Origin: Gemmatimonadota bacterium
Lineage (GTDB): Bacteria > Gemmatimonadota > Gemmatimonadetes > Gemmatimonadales > GWC2-71-9
Reading direction: 5' to 3'
Assembly: GCA_039589615.1 (NCBI GenBank)
Contig: JBDHHA010000024.1
Span: 3,888 to 67,887, forward strand
Length of the DNA: 64,000 bases
Shown here: piece by piece, positions 22,467-35,035 of the stretch
Layout: each line of letters begins with the position of its first letter
How positions within the stretch are numbered: position 1 is the first letter of the stretch
Notes under the pieces: generated by a model
Database searches by the model: none
Told to the model about the DNA's origin: nothing
What the model saw: the letters and a program-made list of their open reading frames with translations, nothing else
Translations under genes and position numbers: made by a program

Positions 22467-23030
22467 ATGACAATACACCGAATTCGCTTGCTCGGTGACC
22501 CCATCCTGCGCATGCGCTGCGAGGCGGTCACCAACCATAGATCGCCGGCGGTGCGACTGGTGGCCACGGATTTGCGGGAGACCCTCCGGGATCTCCAGGC
22601 CCGGCACGGCACGGGCCGGGGCCTTAGCGCGTCGCAGATCGGTGCCCCGATGCGGATGGTCTACACCGAGATGGACGAACCGTGGCTGCTCCTCAATCCC
22701 GAGATCGTCGACGTGGGAACAGAGGATTTTCTCGTGTGGGACAGCTGTTTCTCGTTCCCCGACCTCATGGTCCAGGTCCAGCGGGCGTATCGCATTCGCG
22801 TGAGGTACACGGACGGCAGAGGTGAAGAGCAGATGGTGGAGGCCGAGGGGGCACTCGCCGAATTGCTCCAGCACGAGATCGACCACCTCGACGGGGTCCT
22901 GGCCGTCGATCGCGCCGCAGGGTTGGATCCGTTTTGTCTCCGAGAGGAGTGGAACAAGCACTACGCCGATGTCGGGGCGTATGGCGAGCCCACGCCGCGG
23001 CACGAGCCGGCGGTGCTCACGCCGATCTAA
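22467..23030 (+). CDS. def: Peptide deformylase (divergent motif 2)
   Basis: Motif 1 GRGLSASQIG and motif 3 QHEIDHLDG. Motif 2 reads WDSCFSFP instead of the usual EGCLS. Confidence 0.8.
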   Translation: MTIHRIRLLGDPILRMRCEAVTNHRSPAVRLVATDLRETLRDLQARHGTGRGLSASQIGAPMRMVYTEMDEPWLLLNPEIVDVGTEDFLVWDSCFSFPDLMVQVQRAYRIRVRYTDGRGEEQMVEAEGALAELLQHEIDHLDGVLAVDRAAGLDPFCLREEWNKHYADVGAYGEPTPRHEPAVLTPI

Positions 23031-23036
23031 CCGGGA

Positions 23037-23816
23037 TCACCCGAGAGCCGCGGCGAATTCCGCCGCGGACCGAAACCGCTCCTCCCGGTCGTCGGCGAGG
23101 GCCCCCGCGAGGGCCTCGGCGCACTCTTGCGGCACGTCGAGCACTCCCCGTTCCGTTGCGGCAGCGTCCGGCAACTTCCCCGTCACCATTTCGTGGAGCA
23201 CTCGACCCAGGGCATAGATGTCCGCCCGGCCGTCGATCTCCCGCCGCCCCGCCGCCTGCTCGGGGCTCATGTAGAGCGGCGATCCAATGACCAACCCGGT
23301 TTGGGTCAACGTGTCCCCCCCAACGTCGCTCAACATGCGGGCGATCCCGAAGTCGGCCACCACCGCGTGGCCATCCGAGAGGAGGACGTTTTCCGGCTTG
23401 ATGTCCCGGTGCACGACACCGCGCTCGTGAGCAAACGCCAACGCACCGGCCACCTCCTTCGCATACACCACGGCTTCGGAGACCGGCAACCGTCCATCGG
23501 AACGAATCCGGTGCAACACCGTCTCGCCATCGATGAAGGGCATCACGTAATACAACAACCCGTCGGCTTGGCCTGCAGACAGAATCGGAACGATGTGGGG
23601 GTGGGACAGCCCGGACAACACGGAAACCTCACGCAGGAACCGTTTCCTACCCAAGACGCTTCGAACACTCGAATCGAGGACTTTGATGGCGACCTCGCGC
23701 TCCCGTCGTGGCTCATCCGCGTGATACACGACGGCCATGCCGCCTCGTCCGATCTCGCCGTCGATCCTGTAGCGCTCCCCGAGCGCCCGGCGCATGCTCT
23801 CCAGGACCTCGTCCAT
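23037..23816 (-). CDS. Hanks-type Ser/Thr protein kinase, kinase domain only
   Basis: GRGGMAVVY ... AIKVL, HRDIKPENVLL, DFGIA, SPEQ. Confidence 0.85.
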   Translation of the reverse strand: MDEVLESMRRALGERYRIDGEIGRGGMAVVYHADEPRREREVAIKVLDSSVRSVLGRKRFLREVSVLSGLSHPHIVPILSAGQADGLLYYVMPFIDGETVLHRIRSDGRLPVSEAVVYAKEVAGALAFAHERGVVHRDIKPENVLLSDGHAVVADFGIARMLSDVGGDTLTQTGLVIGSPLYMSPEQAAGRREIDGRADIYALGRVLHEMVTGKLPDAAATERGVLDVPQECAEALAGALADDREERFRSAAEFAAALG

Positions 23817-23939
23817 CTATGAGGAAGATATTCTCGGGGTCCGGGCGACCGACAGATGCACGATGTGAACTCTTGTGAAAGCTCGGGCGGGAAGCGATTC
23901 TAGCCCTTCCAAGACCCCGGCAGCCACAGAGACCGCAGC

Positions 23940-26120
23940 GTGCCTTCCACCGATTCGCCGATCCGGACACCCACGAGCGTCGCTACGACGTCCGTCGTCC
24001 AGGTGCGATCCTGGCTGATCCCGCTGATAGCCGCGGCGGCATTGGCGGTCATCGGGGTACTGACAAACCAGACACTCCGGGCCACCATCGGGGACAGCCT
24101 GCGGGCACAACTCACCACCATCCTTCGCGCGGACGTGGCGGCACTCACCCTGTGGTTGGAAAACCACCGGATTGCCGCGGGCCATCACGCGAGCGACCCC
24201 CGCATCCGTTCAACGGTGGAGGCCCTGGCCCGTCGCGGGCAGCAGACTCCCGGAGGAGCCGAAGCACTACGGGCATCGGCCGAGGCCGCCGAGCTGGCCG
24301 ACGTGCTCGACGACGTCGTGGAGTCGTATGGATACGAGGGCTACTTCGTGGTCGATGCCACGGCCCGGTCCCTCGCCGCACAGTTCCGGGAAACCGTGGG
24401 GCAGCCGGCCGCTGTCGATCTCCTGGGCTACATCCGTCGCGTGTTCGAAGGCGACACGGTCGTGACCCTCCCTGTCGAAATGCCAGTCCCCAACCTGCCG
24501 GGCGCAACGGTCAATCGGGGTGGCCAGCCCATCATGTTCGTGGGGGCACCCATCATCAGCGATTCCGGGGAGGTGTTGGCAATCCTCGCGTTCGGCATCC
24601 GGCCGGAGGAGGAATTCACCGACATCCTCTGGGCCGCCCGGCTGGGCGAATCAGGGGAAACGTATGCGTTCGACGAGAACGGCTTGATGATCTCGGACAG
24701 CCGCTTCGACGATCAACTCGTTTCGATTGACCTGCTGCCGGATACCGTCGCGAGTGCCGTTCTTCGGATAAGCATCCGCGATCCCGGCGGCAACCTGGTG
24801 GAGGGATTCGAGCCGCCGACGCCCACCGCGGGTTGGCCTCTGACGCGGATGGCCGCCTCCGCCACGTCCCGCGACGAAGACAGTGTCGACGTCGCTGGCT
24901 ATCGGGATTACCGCGGCGTGAACGTGGTGGGCGCCTGGACATGGCTCGAGGCGTACGGCTTCGGCGTCACCACCGAGGTCGACAAGAGTGAAGCCTACGA
25001 CACATATATCAAGCTGCGGAACGGACTGTGGATCCTCCTCTCGCTCCTCGTTGCCGGTTCGGCGGGAATCCTCGTCTCCTCCCACGTCATCGGCAAACTC
25101 CGCAAGGACGTGACCGAAGCCGAGCAACTCGGGCAGTACAAGCTCGAAGAGAAAGTGGGCGAGGGGGGCATGGGCAAGGTGTACCGTGCCAGTCACTCAC
25201 TGCTCCGCCGCCCCACCGCCATCAAGCTCCTCCGTCCCGATCGCACCAGCCTGAAGGGCATCGCCCGGTTCGAGCGGGAGGTCCAGCTCACGTCGCAGCT
25301 CACACACCCGAACACGGTGGCGATCTACGACTACGGCAGAACGCCGGACGGCGTCTTCTACTATGCGATGGAGTACCTCGACGGCGTCACGCTGAACAGG
25401 CTCGTGGGCCGGTACGGTCCCCAGCCCCAGGAGCGCGTGCTGCACATCTTGAAGCAGGCGTGCGGGTCCCTCGCCGAGGCCCACGGCGAAGGCCTGATCC
25501 ACCGTGACATCAAGCCGTCCAACCTCATGCTGTGCGAACGCGGCGGCGCCAAGGACGTGGTTAAGGTGCTGGACTTCGGCCTGGTGCGGGAGTTGGAGCC
25601 CCAGGGCAACGATCCCACAATAACCGGGACGACGGCCCTCACCGGAACGCCGCTGTACCTCTCTCCGGAGGTCATCAACAAGTCCTCCGCGGCGAGCCCG
25701 CAGAGCGACATGTATGCCCTCGGCGCGGTGGCGTATTATCTCCTGGTAGGTGACCACGTGTTTGCGGGAGAGAGCGTCATCGAGGTCTGTGGCCACCACC
25801 TGAACACCATTCCCGATCCTCCTACAAGCCGCACGGACAGCCCGATCTCACGTGACTTCGAGCGGCTCGTCCTCCTGTGCCTCGAAAAGGACCCGGTGCA
25901 CCGACCGGCGGACGCCAGAGCCCTCTTGCAGCGCCTCGAGCAGGTCACGGACGTTCCGGCCTGGTCCGATGAGGACGCGACGAGTTGGTGGGCCACCCAC
26001 CGCCGGCCTTCCGAAGAAACCTGGCATGTGGACTTCGACTCGGGGGCCGAGTCCACGCCAGGTCACACCACGGGCAGGGAGTCGCGAGTAGTGGTGGACG
26101 TACACGATCGCGGGGGTTGA
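23940..26120 (+). CDS. Membrane sensor Ser/Thr kinase: TM - extracytoplasmic Cache-like domain - TM - C-terminal Hanks kinase
   Basis: TM1 WLIPLIAAAALAVIGVL. The ~310-aa extracytoplasmic region has Cache-type motifs (GESGETYAFDENGLMISDSRF; YRDYRGVNVVGAWTW). TM2 LWILLSLLVAGSAGILV. The kinase domain has GEGGMGKVY, AIKLL, HRDIKPSNLML, DFGL. The GTG start at 23940 is uncertain. Confidence 0.8.
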   Translation: MPSTDSPIRTPTSVATTSVVQVRSWLIPLIAAAALAVIGVLTNQTLRATIGDSLRAQLTTILRADVAALTLWLENHRIAAGHHASDPRIRSTVEALARRGQQTPGGAEALRASAEAAELADVLDDVVESYGYEGYFVVDATARSLAAQFRETVGQPAAVDLLGYIRRVFEGDTVVTLPVEMPVPNLPGATVNRGGQPIMFVGAPIISDSGEVLAILAFGIRPEEEFTDILWAARLGESGETYAFDENGLMISDSRFDDQLVSIDLLPDTVASAVLRISIRDPGGNLVEGFEPPTPTAGWPLTRMAASATSRDEDSVDVAGYRDYRGVNVVGAWTWLEAYGFGVTTEVDKSEAYDTYIKLRNGLWILLSLLVAGSAGILVSSHVIGKLRKDVTEAEQLGQYKLEEKVGEGGMGKVYRASHSLLRRPTAIKLLRPDRTSLKGIARFEREVQLTSQLTHPNTVAIYDYGRTPDGVFYYAMEYLDGVTLNRLVGRYGPQPQERVLHILKQACGSLAEAHGEGLIHRDIKPSNLMLCERGGAKDVVKVLDFGLVRELEPQGNDPTITGTTALTGTPLYLSPEVINKSSAASPQSDMYALGAVAYYLLVGDHVFAGESVIEVCGHHLNTIPDPPTSRTDSPISRDFERLVLLCLEKDPVHRPADARALLQRLEQVTDVPAWSDEDATSWWATHRRPSEETWHVDFDSGAESTPGHTTGRESRVVVDVHDRGG

Positions 26121-26124
26121 CCGG

Positions 26125-26580
26125 TCAGTCGTCTGCGGCGGGATCTACTCGAAGCTGATAGATGTTGGCAACCACCGGCGCCCCATCTACGATCTCGACG
26201 GGAACCAGTATTCTCACGTAATCTCCTCCTTCGAACGCGTCGATGCGCTCCCACTGCTCCGGGAGCCCTTCCGACGCCAACAACTTCACCGGAACTCGCT
26301 CGTCCGAATCCGGGATCCACGTCATGCCCGGAAAGCCGACGTGGCTGCCCCAGCCTTTCATCCGAACCGTCCCCCGCACGTGCCCGTCGGACCACGTTCC
26401 ACCGATGTCTTCGATGACCCAATGGTTGACTTCACCGGGCGCCAGGGATCCGTAGATGGCCAGCCGAGTCGAGGGACGGTCGAAGAGGATCTCCAGCTCG
26501 GAGTGGTCCTCACGCTCACGCCGAGCCCGTGCGTCATTGATGCGGTGCAGCATGTCTTGGAGCTTCCGGGGATCATCCAT
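26125..26580 (-). CDS. Gamma-glutamylcyclotransferase-like (AIG2/GGACT fold) protein
   Basis: LAIYGSLAPGE (YGSL motif) and the C-terminal pattern IDAFEGGDYVR. Confidence 0.6.
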   Translation of the reverse strand: MDDPRKLQDMLHRINDARARREREDHSELEILFDRPSTRLAIYGSLAPGEVNHWVIEDIGGTWSDGHVRGTVRMKGWGSHVGFPGMTWIPDSDERVPVKLLASEGLPEQWERIDAFEGGDYVRILVPVEIVDGAPVVANIYQLRVDPAADD

Positions 26581-26656
26581 TGTCCCTGCTCTCTGCGGCG
26601 CTGGGATGCGAGGTTAAGTTAGTCTGTCGCAACCGCCACTTCACTCGCGCCATGAC

Positions 26657-27556
26657 ATGCCCGAACTCCCCGACGTAACGGTCTACCTCGAGGCGCTCCA
26701 ACGTCACGTGGGTGGAGCCACCCTCGAGAAGGTGCGATTGGCGAGTCCGTTCGTGCTGCGATCTGTGGACCCGCCGATTCAGGCGATCGAAGATGAGACA
26801 ATCCGTTCGGTGCGACGCATCGGGAAGCGCATCGTGTTGTGCTTCGACCACGACCTCTTCCTCGTGATCCACTTGATGATTGCCGGGAGACTCCGATGGA
26901 AGCCACGCGGGCACCGCATTCCCAAGAGGGTGGGACTCGCAGCGTTTGACTTTGCCACTGGCACCCTGCTCTTCACCGAGGCGAGTCCCAAGAAGCGAGC
27001 GTCCCTCTACGTGGTCCGCGGTGACGCCGCCCTCGCCGAGCACGACCCCGGCGGCCTCGAGGTGCTGGACTCGACGGCGGACGCATTTCGCGCGGCCTTG
27101 ATCCGAGAAAACCGCACGCTCAAACGTGCGCTGACCAACCCCCGGCTGTTCAGCGGCATCGGCAACGCCTATTCGGACGAGATCCTCCACGCAGCGGGAC
27201 TCTCACCCCTCAAGCGTACGCGACAACTCTCGGATGAAGAGATCGGGGAGTTGCACACCGCCACGATCGCGACGCTCACCACGTGGACCGAGCGTCTCCG
27301 TCGCGAGGTGGGCGATGGATTTCCCGACAAGGTCACGGCGTTCCACGAGCGAATGGCCGTCCACGGCAGATTTCGCCAGCCGTGTCCCGTCTGTGATGCG
27401 CCGGTGCAGCGGATTGTATTCGCCGAGAACGAGGTGAATTACTGCGCCAACTGCCAGACGGGGGGAAAGCTGCTCGCCGACCGGGCAATCTCACGGCTGC
27501 TCAAGGGCGATTGGCCCAAAACGCTCGATGAATGGGAGAATCCGGCAGACGACTAG
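26657..27556 (+). CDS. Fpg/Nei family DNA glycosylase / AP lyase
   Basis: N-terminal MPELPDV (catalytic Pro2), the H2TH region [18 protein letters not shown], and a C-terminal zinc finger CPVCDAPV...YCANCQ. Confidence 0.85.
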   Translation: MPELPDVTVYLEALQRHVGGATLEKVRLASPFVLRSVDPPIQAIEDETIRSVRRIGKRIVLCFDHDLFLVIHLMIAGRLRWKPRGHRIPKRVGLAAFDFATGTLLFTEASPKKRASLYVVRGDAALAEHDPGGLEVLDSTADAFRAALIRENRTLKRALTNPRLFSGIGNAYSDEILHAAGLSPLKRTRQLSDEEIGELHTATIATLTTWTERLRREVGDGFPDKVTAFHERMAVHGRFRQPCPVCDAPVQRIVFAENEVNYCANCQTGGKLLADRAISRLLKGDWPKTLDEWENPADD

Positions 27557-28221
27557 GTCAGCCGATCGGTCCAGTCCTCGATGGCGCCGGTCAGCTCGTC
27601 GTACACATCGTCCTCCGTGCGACCCGAACGCTTGAGCACCTTGAATGAGTGGTCCCCACCTTCAACGATGTGCATGGTGGCTCCTGGGCCGAGTCCGTCC
27701 ACGACGGGCGTGAGGAACTCGAGGTCAGCGAGGGAATCCCGGGTGCCCTGCAGAAACAGCATGGGAACCTTCACGTCCCGCAGGTGGTCCGCCCGCTCCG
27801 TGCCGGGCTTGTTCGGCGCGTGCAGCGGGAAACCCAGAAACACGAGACCGGCCACGCCGGTCAACGGCGTGGACGCCTGCACCAACGAGGTCATGCGCCC
27901 ACCCATGGACTTCCCGCCGGCGATGAGCGGCACATCGGGCACCGCATCGGCCGCCGCGGCCACGGCCGCCCGGACGGTTCCGTGGAGGACGCGGTGGGTG
28001 TCGGGACGCTTCTTCCCGTATTCCATATAAGGGAACTGATAGCGAAAGGTGCCGATGCCACGCTCCACCAGGAGCCCACTCACGCGTTCCAGGAACGGAT
28101 GCCGCATCCCGGCGCCGGCCCCGTGCCCAAGGACGTAGACGACACGGCTCCCTTCCCGCACAGCGAGCAGTGCGGAGACCTCCCCTCCGGCCTCGGGGAC
28201 ACTGAACTTCAGCTCCGTCAT
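27553..28221 (-). CDS. Alpha/beta hydrolase (KANL3/Tex30-like, dienelactone-hydrolase-type)
   Basis: Nucleophile elbow GGKSMGGR and a C-terminal GGDHSF. ATG 28221 directly abuts the tag stop. The track start 28308 overlaps tag and was rejected. Confidence 0.7.
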   Translation of the reverse strand: MTELKFSVPEAGGEVSALLAVREGSRVVYVLGHGAGAGMRHPFLERVSGLLVERGIGTFRYQFPYMEYGKKRPDTHRVLHGTVRAAVAAAADAVPDVPLIAGGKSMGGRMTSLVQASTPLTGVAGLVFLGFPLHAPNKPGTERADHLRDVKVPMLFLQGTRDSLADLEFLTPVVDGLGPGATMHIVEGGDHSFKVLKRSGRTEDDVYDELTGAIEDWTDRLT

Positions 28222-28802
28222 GATGTCGGCTTCTGCACCTCGTCGTATCGGAAGCACCTCACCAGGTGATCGTTGACCATGCCGGCCGCCTGCATGAACG
28301 CATAGCACGTGGTGGACCCGACGAACTTGAAGCCCCGGCTCTTCAAGTCTTTGCTCATCCGGTCCGACGCCGGGGTGCTAGCCGGTAACTGCTTCAGGGA
28401 ACGCCACCTGTTCTGCTTCGGTGCCCCACCCACCAGTTGCCAGATATACGTGTCGAAGGAGCCGTACTCGTCCTGCACCTGGAGGAACGTCTTTGCGTTG
28501 GCGATGGTCGCCTCGATCTTCAGCCGATTGCGGATGATCCCCGCGTCCTTCATCAGTCTCTCGATGCTCCGCTGGTTATAGCGGACGATCCGCTCGGGAT
28601 CGAACCCGTCAAGCGCCCTGCGGAAGTTTTCGCGCTTGTGCAGGATGGTGCGCCAGCTCAGACCGGCTTGAAAGGCATCGAGGACCAAGAACTCAAAGAG
28701 TTTTCCATCGTCGTGCAGCGGAACGCCCCACTCCTCATCGTGGTACGCGATCATGAGGTCGTCGCCGGTGGGCCACTCGCAGCTCTTGCTCTCGGAACTC
28801 AT
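28218..28802 (-). CDS. tag: DNA-3-methyladenine glycosylase I
   Basis: [39 protein letters not shown], and a conserved C-terminal [20 protein letters not shown]. Confidence 0.9.
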   Translation of the reverse strand: MSSESKSCEWPTGDDLMIAYHDEEWGVPLHDDGKLFEFLVLDAFQAGLSWRTILHKRENFRRALDGFDPERIVRYNQRSIERLMKDAGIIRNRLKIEATIANAKTFLQVQDEYGSFDTYIWQLVGGAPKQNRWRSLKQLPASTPASDRMSKDLKSRGFKFVGSTTCYAFMQAAGMVNDHLVRCFRYDEVQKPTS

Positions 28803-29737
28803 TGCCGAGCCGCCGTCACCGACTCCAGGTCACGATCCAGCTCCATCACCACGCCGAGTATGACCGTGACGGCATGGGCGAAGAACTCGGGGTTGATGGT
28901 CTCGAACTCGTCCGTCGCCCGGTGGTAGTCCGCGTGGTCCTCGACGCCGAAATAGAGAAACGGGATGCCGCTCCTGTGAAACGGCGCGTGGTCCGAAGAA
29001 TTCGTCCAATCGCCGCTCCCCAGATCTGGGGTGTCGTGTCCGAACAGCAGCGCCATCTCGCTCGGTACCGCCACACGCTCCACGAGGGGTTTCAAGAAGG
29101 GGTAGTGGTGGGTGCCGGCCACGTATAGCTCCCGTTCGCTGTGACTCACCATGTCCATGTTCACGTTCACCGCCATCTGTTCCAGCGCCACCGGGGGTTG
29201 GTCTACGAGAGAGCGGGATCCGCCCATGCCGCGTTCCTCGGCGTCCACCGCTGCGAAGATGATGGAGTGCCGAGGGCGGTTCCCGGCGAAGTACTCTGCC
29301 AGGGCCATTACGGCCGCGGTGCCGGAGGCGTTGTCATCCGCACCGTTGAACACCTCGCCGTCCCGAACCCCTACGTGATCGTAATGCGCCGTGATCACGA
29401 TGAACCGATCTGGGACCTCCGTGCCTTCCACGTATCCCACCACGTTGGCACCGTGTAGCTCCGTCTGGCGGCGCGTGGCCGTGAACTCACGCACGTACGA
29501 TTCGCCGAACGCGGAGATGCCCAGCTCTCGGAACCTGCCCGCCACGAATTGCCGGGCAAGACGATTCCCCTCCGATCCAACCAGGCGCCCCTCGAGGGAA
29601 TCGGCGGCCAGGAATTCCACGTCGGCCAGCATGCGATCCACGTCGACGGCCACCTGTGACGTCGCGTCCGAGTTGTTTCCCGCGCAGGCGGCCAGGGCCA
29701 GGGCGCCAGCCACCATGGATTCTCTATGGTTCATCAT
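28799..29737 (-). CDS. M28 family aminopeptidase (secreted/lipoprotein)
   Basis: ITAHYDHVG, GADDNASGTAAVMALAE, and DAEERGMGGS metal ligands. N-terminal signal with ALAACAG. Confidence 0.85.
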   Translation of the reverse strand: MMNHRESMVAGALALAACAGNNSDATSQVAVDVDRMLADVEFLAADSLEGRLVGSEGNRLARQFVAGRFRELGISAFGESYVREFTATRRQTELHGANVVGYVEGTEVPDRFIVITAHYDHVGVRDGEVFNGADDNASGTAAVMALAEYFAGNRPRHSIIFAAVDAEERGMGGSRSLVDQPPVALEQMAVNVNMDMVSHSERELYVAGTHHYPFLKPLVERVAVPSEMALLFGHDTPDLGSGDWTNSSDHAPFHRSGIPFLYFGVEDHADYHRATDEFETINPEFFAHAVTVILGVVMELDRDLESVTAARQ

Positions 29738-29766
29738 CCGCTGGATTCCTTTTGTCGCCAGGTTCC

Positions 29767-30477
29767 TTACCTCAACGCCTCAAACCCAAGATACTCTCGA
29801 ACAAACTGATGGTGTTTCCGCGCCTTCGCGGGCGTGCCTAACGCGTGTGTCGTTCCGGCCGTCATCCAGAGAACGTCATCCGCCGTGTCGAACAGCGATT
29901 GCACCTCGTGCCCCGTGATGGCGACCGCACACCCGTCTCGGGCGAGCTGTTTGAAGACCACTGTCAGGAACTCCGCATCGCGTGGCACGATCCCGAGGAA
30001 GGGCTCGTCGGCCAAGAGGCAGCTGGGGCCCCGGGCCACGGCGAGGGCCAACTCGGCCCGTCGCCTCTCGCCCCCCGATAGCTGGTGCGCCTGTCGGTCG
30101 ATGAGCGCGCCGAGGTTCAAGAGATCCACCGCGTGATCGACGTGTCGATCCCCGAAGTGATGTTCGATGGCGCGGAAGTGGTTGCGCAAGGTGAGCGATC
30201 GACACAGGAGGGATCGCTCGGGCAGAAAGAACAGGCCCCGTCTCGCCATGTCGGGCAGGCGCGTCCGGGAGAAGCGGTGCTCCTCGTATCGCACCATGCC
30301 GTAGTCCGCCCGTAGGAGTCCCGCGGCGATCTTGAACAGCGTGGATTTACCCTCGCCGTTCCGGCCCACGAGCGCCGTGACGGCACCGGGATATACCCAC
30401 AGTGACGCCGTCCTCAGGACCTGCCGCCTCCCGAAGGACTTGCCGATGGACTCGGCGGCCAGTAGGGGCTGCTTCAC
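29767..30477 (-). CDS. ABC-type ATPase, LptB-like but with degenerate Q-loop/D-loop
   Basis: Walker A GRNGEGKST, signature LSGGERRR, Walker B LLADEP, H-loop ITGHE. The Q-loop position reads FLPERS (no Gln). The D-loop reads FLGIVP. Confidence 0.75.
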   Translation of the reverse strand: MKQPLLAAESIGKSFGRRQVLRTASLWVYPGAVTALVGRNGEGKSTLFKIAAGLLRADYGMVRYEEHRFSRTRLPDMARRGLFFLPERSLLCRSLTLRNHFRAIEHHFGDRHVDHAVDLLNLGALIDRQAHQLSGGERRRAELALAVARGPSCLLADEPFLGIVPRDAEFLTVVFKQLARDGCAVAITGHEVQSLFDTADDVLWMTAGTTHALGTPAKARKHHQFVREYLGFEALR

Positions 30478-30804
30478 AGCACCATGCTGACGATGATCTC
30501 GGCCACCAACACCGGGCCGAGGACGAGGGCGCCGACCGCGACGCGGCCGACCCCCATGTTGGCCAGAAAGACGGGTAGGTTCCGCCGCCGAGCGTCGATG
30601 AGCACGAGCCCGTACACCAGCGCCACCACCGCAAGCAGGCCCTGCGGCGTGAGCTGCATCGCCTCCCGCACCGGATCAACGATTCCGGGGTCCTGCGAAA
30701 CGACACCGAGCGTGACGGCATACACGACGAGCCGCACGAACGCCCAGAACGCGACCGCCCGCACCACGAAGCCGCGCACAAAGAACGGCGCGGGCAGCAT
30801 GGTC

Positions 30805-30821
<17 letters not shown>
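30474..30821 (-). CDS. Small 3-TM membrane protein coupled to the ABC ATPase
   Basis: Hydrophobic segments (VRAVAFWAFVRLVVYAVTLGVV; LLAVVALVYGLVLI; VAVGALVLGPVLVAEIIVSMV). It overlaps the ATPase start by 4 nt. GTG 30821 has GGGGAG upstream; ATG 30800 is the alternative. Confidence 0.5.
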
Positions 30822-33776
<2,955 letters not shown>

Positions 33777-33788
33777 GATGGAGCCAGA

Positions 33789-33822
33789 GGGAAGTGGGGA
33801 GTGACACACCTCCCTGCTTCCC
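33789..33822. terminator. Long GC hairpin between convergent thiC and the thioesterase-hydrolase gene (no U-tract)
   Basis: GGGAAG-TG-GGGAG-(tgacacac)-CTCCC-TG-CTTCCC. The stem is 13 bp if the two G-U pairs are counted. Confidence 0.35.
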
Positions 33823-33823
33823 G

Positions 33824-35035
33824 CTATCGCAGAGACTCCAAGAACTCCCCGACGACCCTGCTCAACGCGATGGGTTGCTCCAGCGGCGTCACGTGGCCGG
33901 CCTCCGGAATCAGCGTGAACTGGGCTCCCGGTATTCCCCCCGCCAACTCCCGTGCGGTGCCTACAGGCATCAGCTGATCGTCCCTCCCGCCGACGACGAG
34001 GGTGGGCACATCGATGGTTGGGAGCAGCGACGTCGAGTCTTGCCGCTCCCGCATCGCCTTGAGCGCCCCAATCAACCCGTTCGTGGAGGTGCCGCATATC
34101 ATGGTGCGGACGTGCTCCACCACCCTGGGCATCGCGGCCATGGAGCTCGGCCCCAAGAGCTTGGGCACCAGGACATCCGCCAGGGCACTGGCACCGTCCC
34201 GCTCCACGAGGGATATCATGTTGTCCCGACCCTGCATGGCCGCCGTGGAGTCCCGTTCCGCCCGGGTATTGATCAGAATCAGCCCCGCAACCCTGTCTCG
34301 GTAACGGCGGAACATCTCGAACGCCACGTAGCCGCCCATGGACATACCGCACACCACCGCCTTCTCCAACCGGAGCGCCGAGAGCAAGGCCACGAGATCG
34401 TCGGCGTAGGACGCCATGCTGTATCCGTTCTCCGGCGTCGCACTCAAACCCATCCCCCGAAGATCCGGGGCGATGCGCTGCCATCCGGTCAACGTGGCGT
34501 TCAGATGCCTCCACATCGTGCGGTCCAGCGGAAACCCGTGGACGAAGAGGATGGCCGGACCGTCGCCCTGAATGTCCACGGCGGTGGCCACGTCTCCCAA
34601 CGCCAGGTGCTGGGTTTCACCCGGGCGGACCGAGGGCTTGGTCCCGAACAGGCGACTCACCGACTGAGGGACACGCACCGACACGCCCCGGCCGTCGATG
34701 CAGGCGATCACGAATTCACCCTCCGCCACCACCGCGCCATCGGTGGCCCGGCGCGCCGCCTGGTGCAGGGTGAACGTCGTGTCCCCTTGGTGGGTGAGCG
34801 TGGTGTCCACCGTGATCAGCGTACCCGCCCGTATCCCTTCGTGACTGTCGAGAGTGGTTTTGCGAACCGCGGGCCACACGGTTCCGGGCTCGAACAAGTC
34901 GAGGCCCGGCCCCCTGGCAAAGGCTTCCCACCGGGCGCGCTCAAAGAGTCGCACCAGGGCAGGACCGCCTACCTGGCCGTTCGCGTCACAGTCATCCGGG
35001 TACACCACGAGGTCGATGGAGTGGAGCGAGCTCAC
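33824..35035 (-). CDS. Fusion protein: N-terminal hot-dog (4HBT/YbgC-like) thioesterase + C-terminal alpha/beta hydrolase
   Basis: The N-terminal ~130 aa (VVYPDDCDANGQVGGPALVRLFERARWE) are hot-dog-like. The C-terminal part has ILFVHGFPLDRTMW and the nucleophile elbow GMSMGGYVA. Confidence 0.7.
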   Translation of the reverse strand: MSSLHSIDLVVYPDDCDANGQVGGPALVRLFERARWEAFARGPGLDLFEPGTVWPAVRKTTLDSHEGIRAGTLITVDTTLTHQGDTTFTLHQAARRATDGAVVAEGEFVIACIDGRGVSVRVPQSVSRLFGTKPSVRPGETQHLALGDVATAVDIQGDGPAILFVHGFPLDRTMWRHLNATLTGWQRIAPDLRGMGLSATPENGYSMASYADDLVALLSALRLEKAVVCGMSMGGYVAFEMFRRYRDRVAGLILINTRAERDSTAAMQGRDNMISLVERDGASALADVLVPKLLGPSSMAAMPRVVEHVRTMICGTSTNGLIGALKAMRERQDSTSLLPTIDVPTLVVGGRDDQLMPVGTARELAGGIPGAQFTLIPEAGHVTPLEQPIALSRVVGEFLESLR

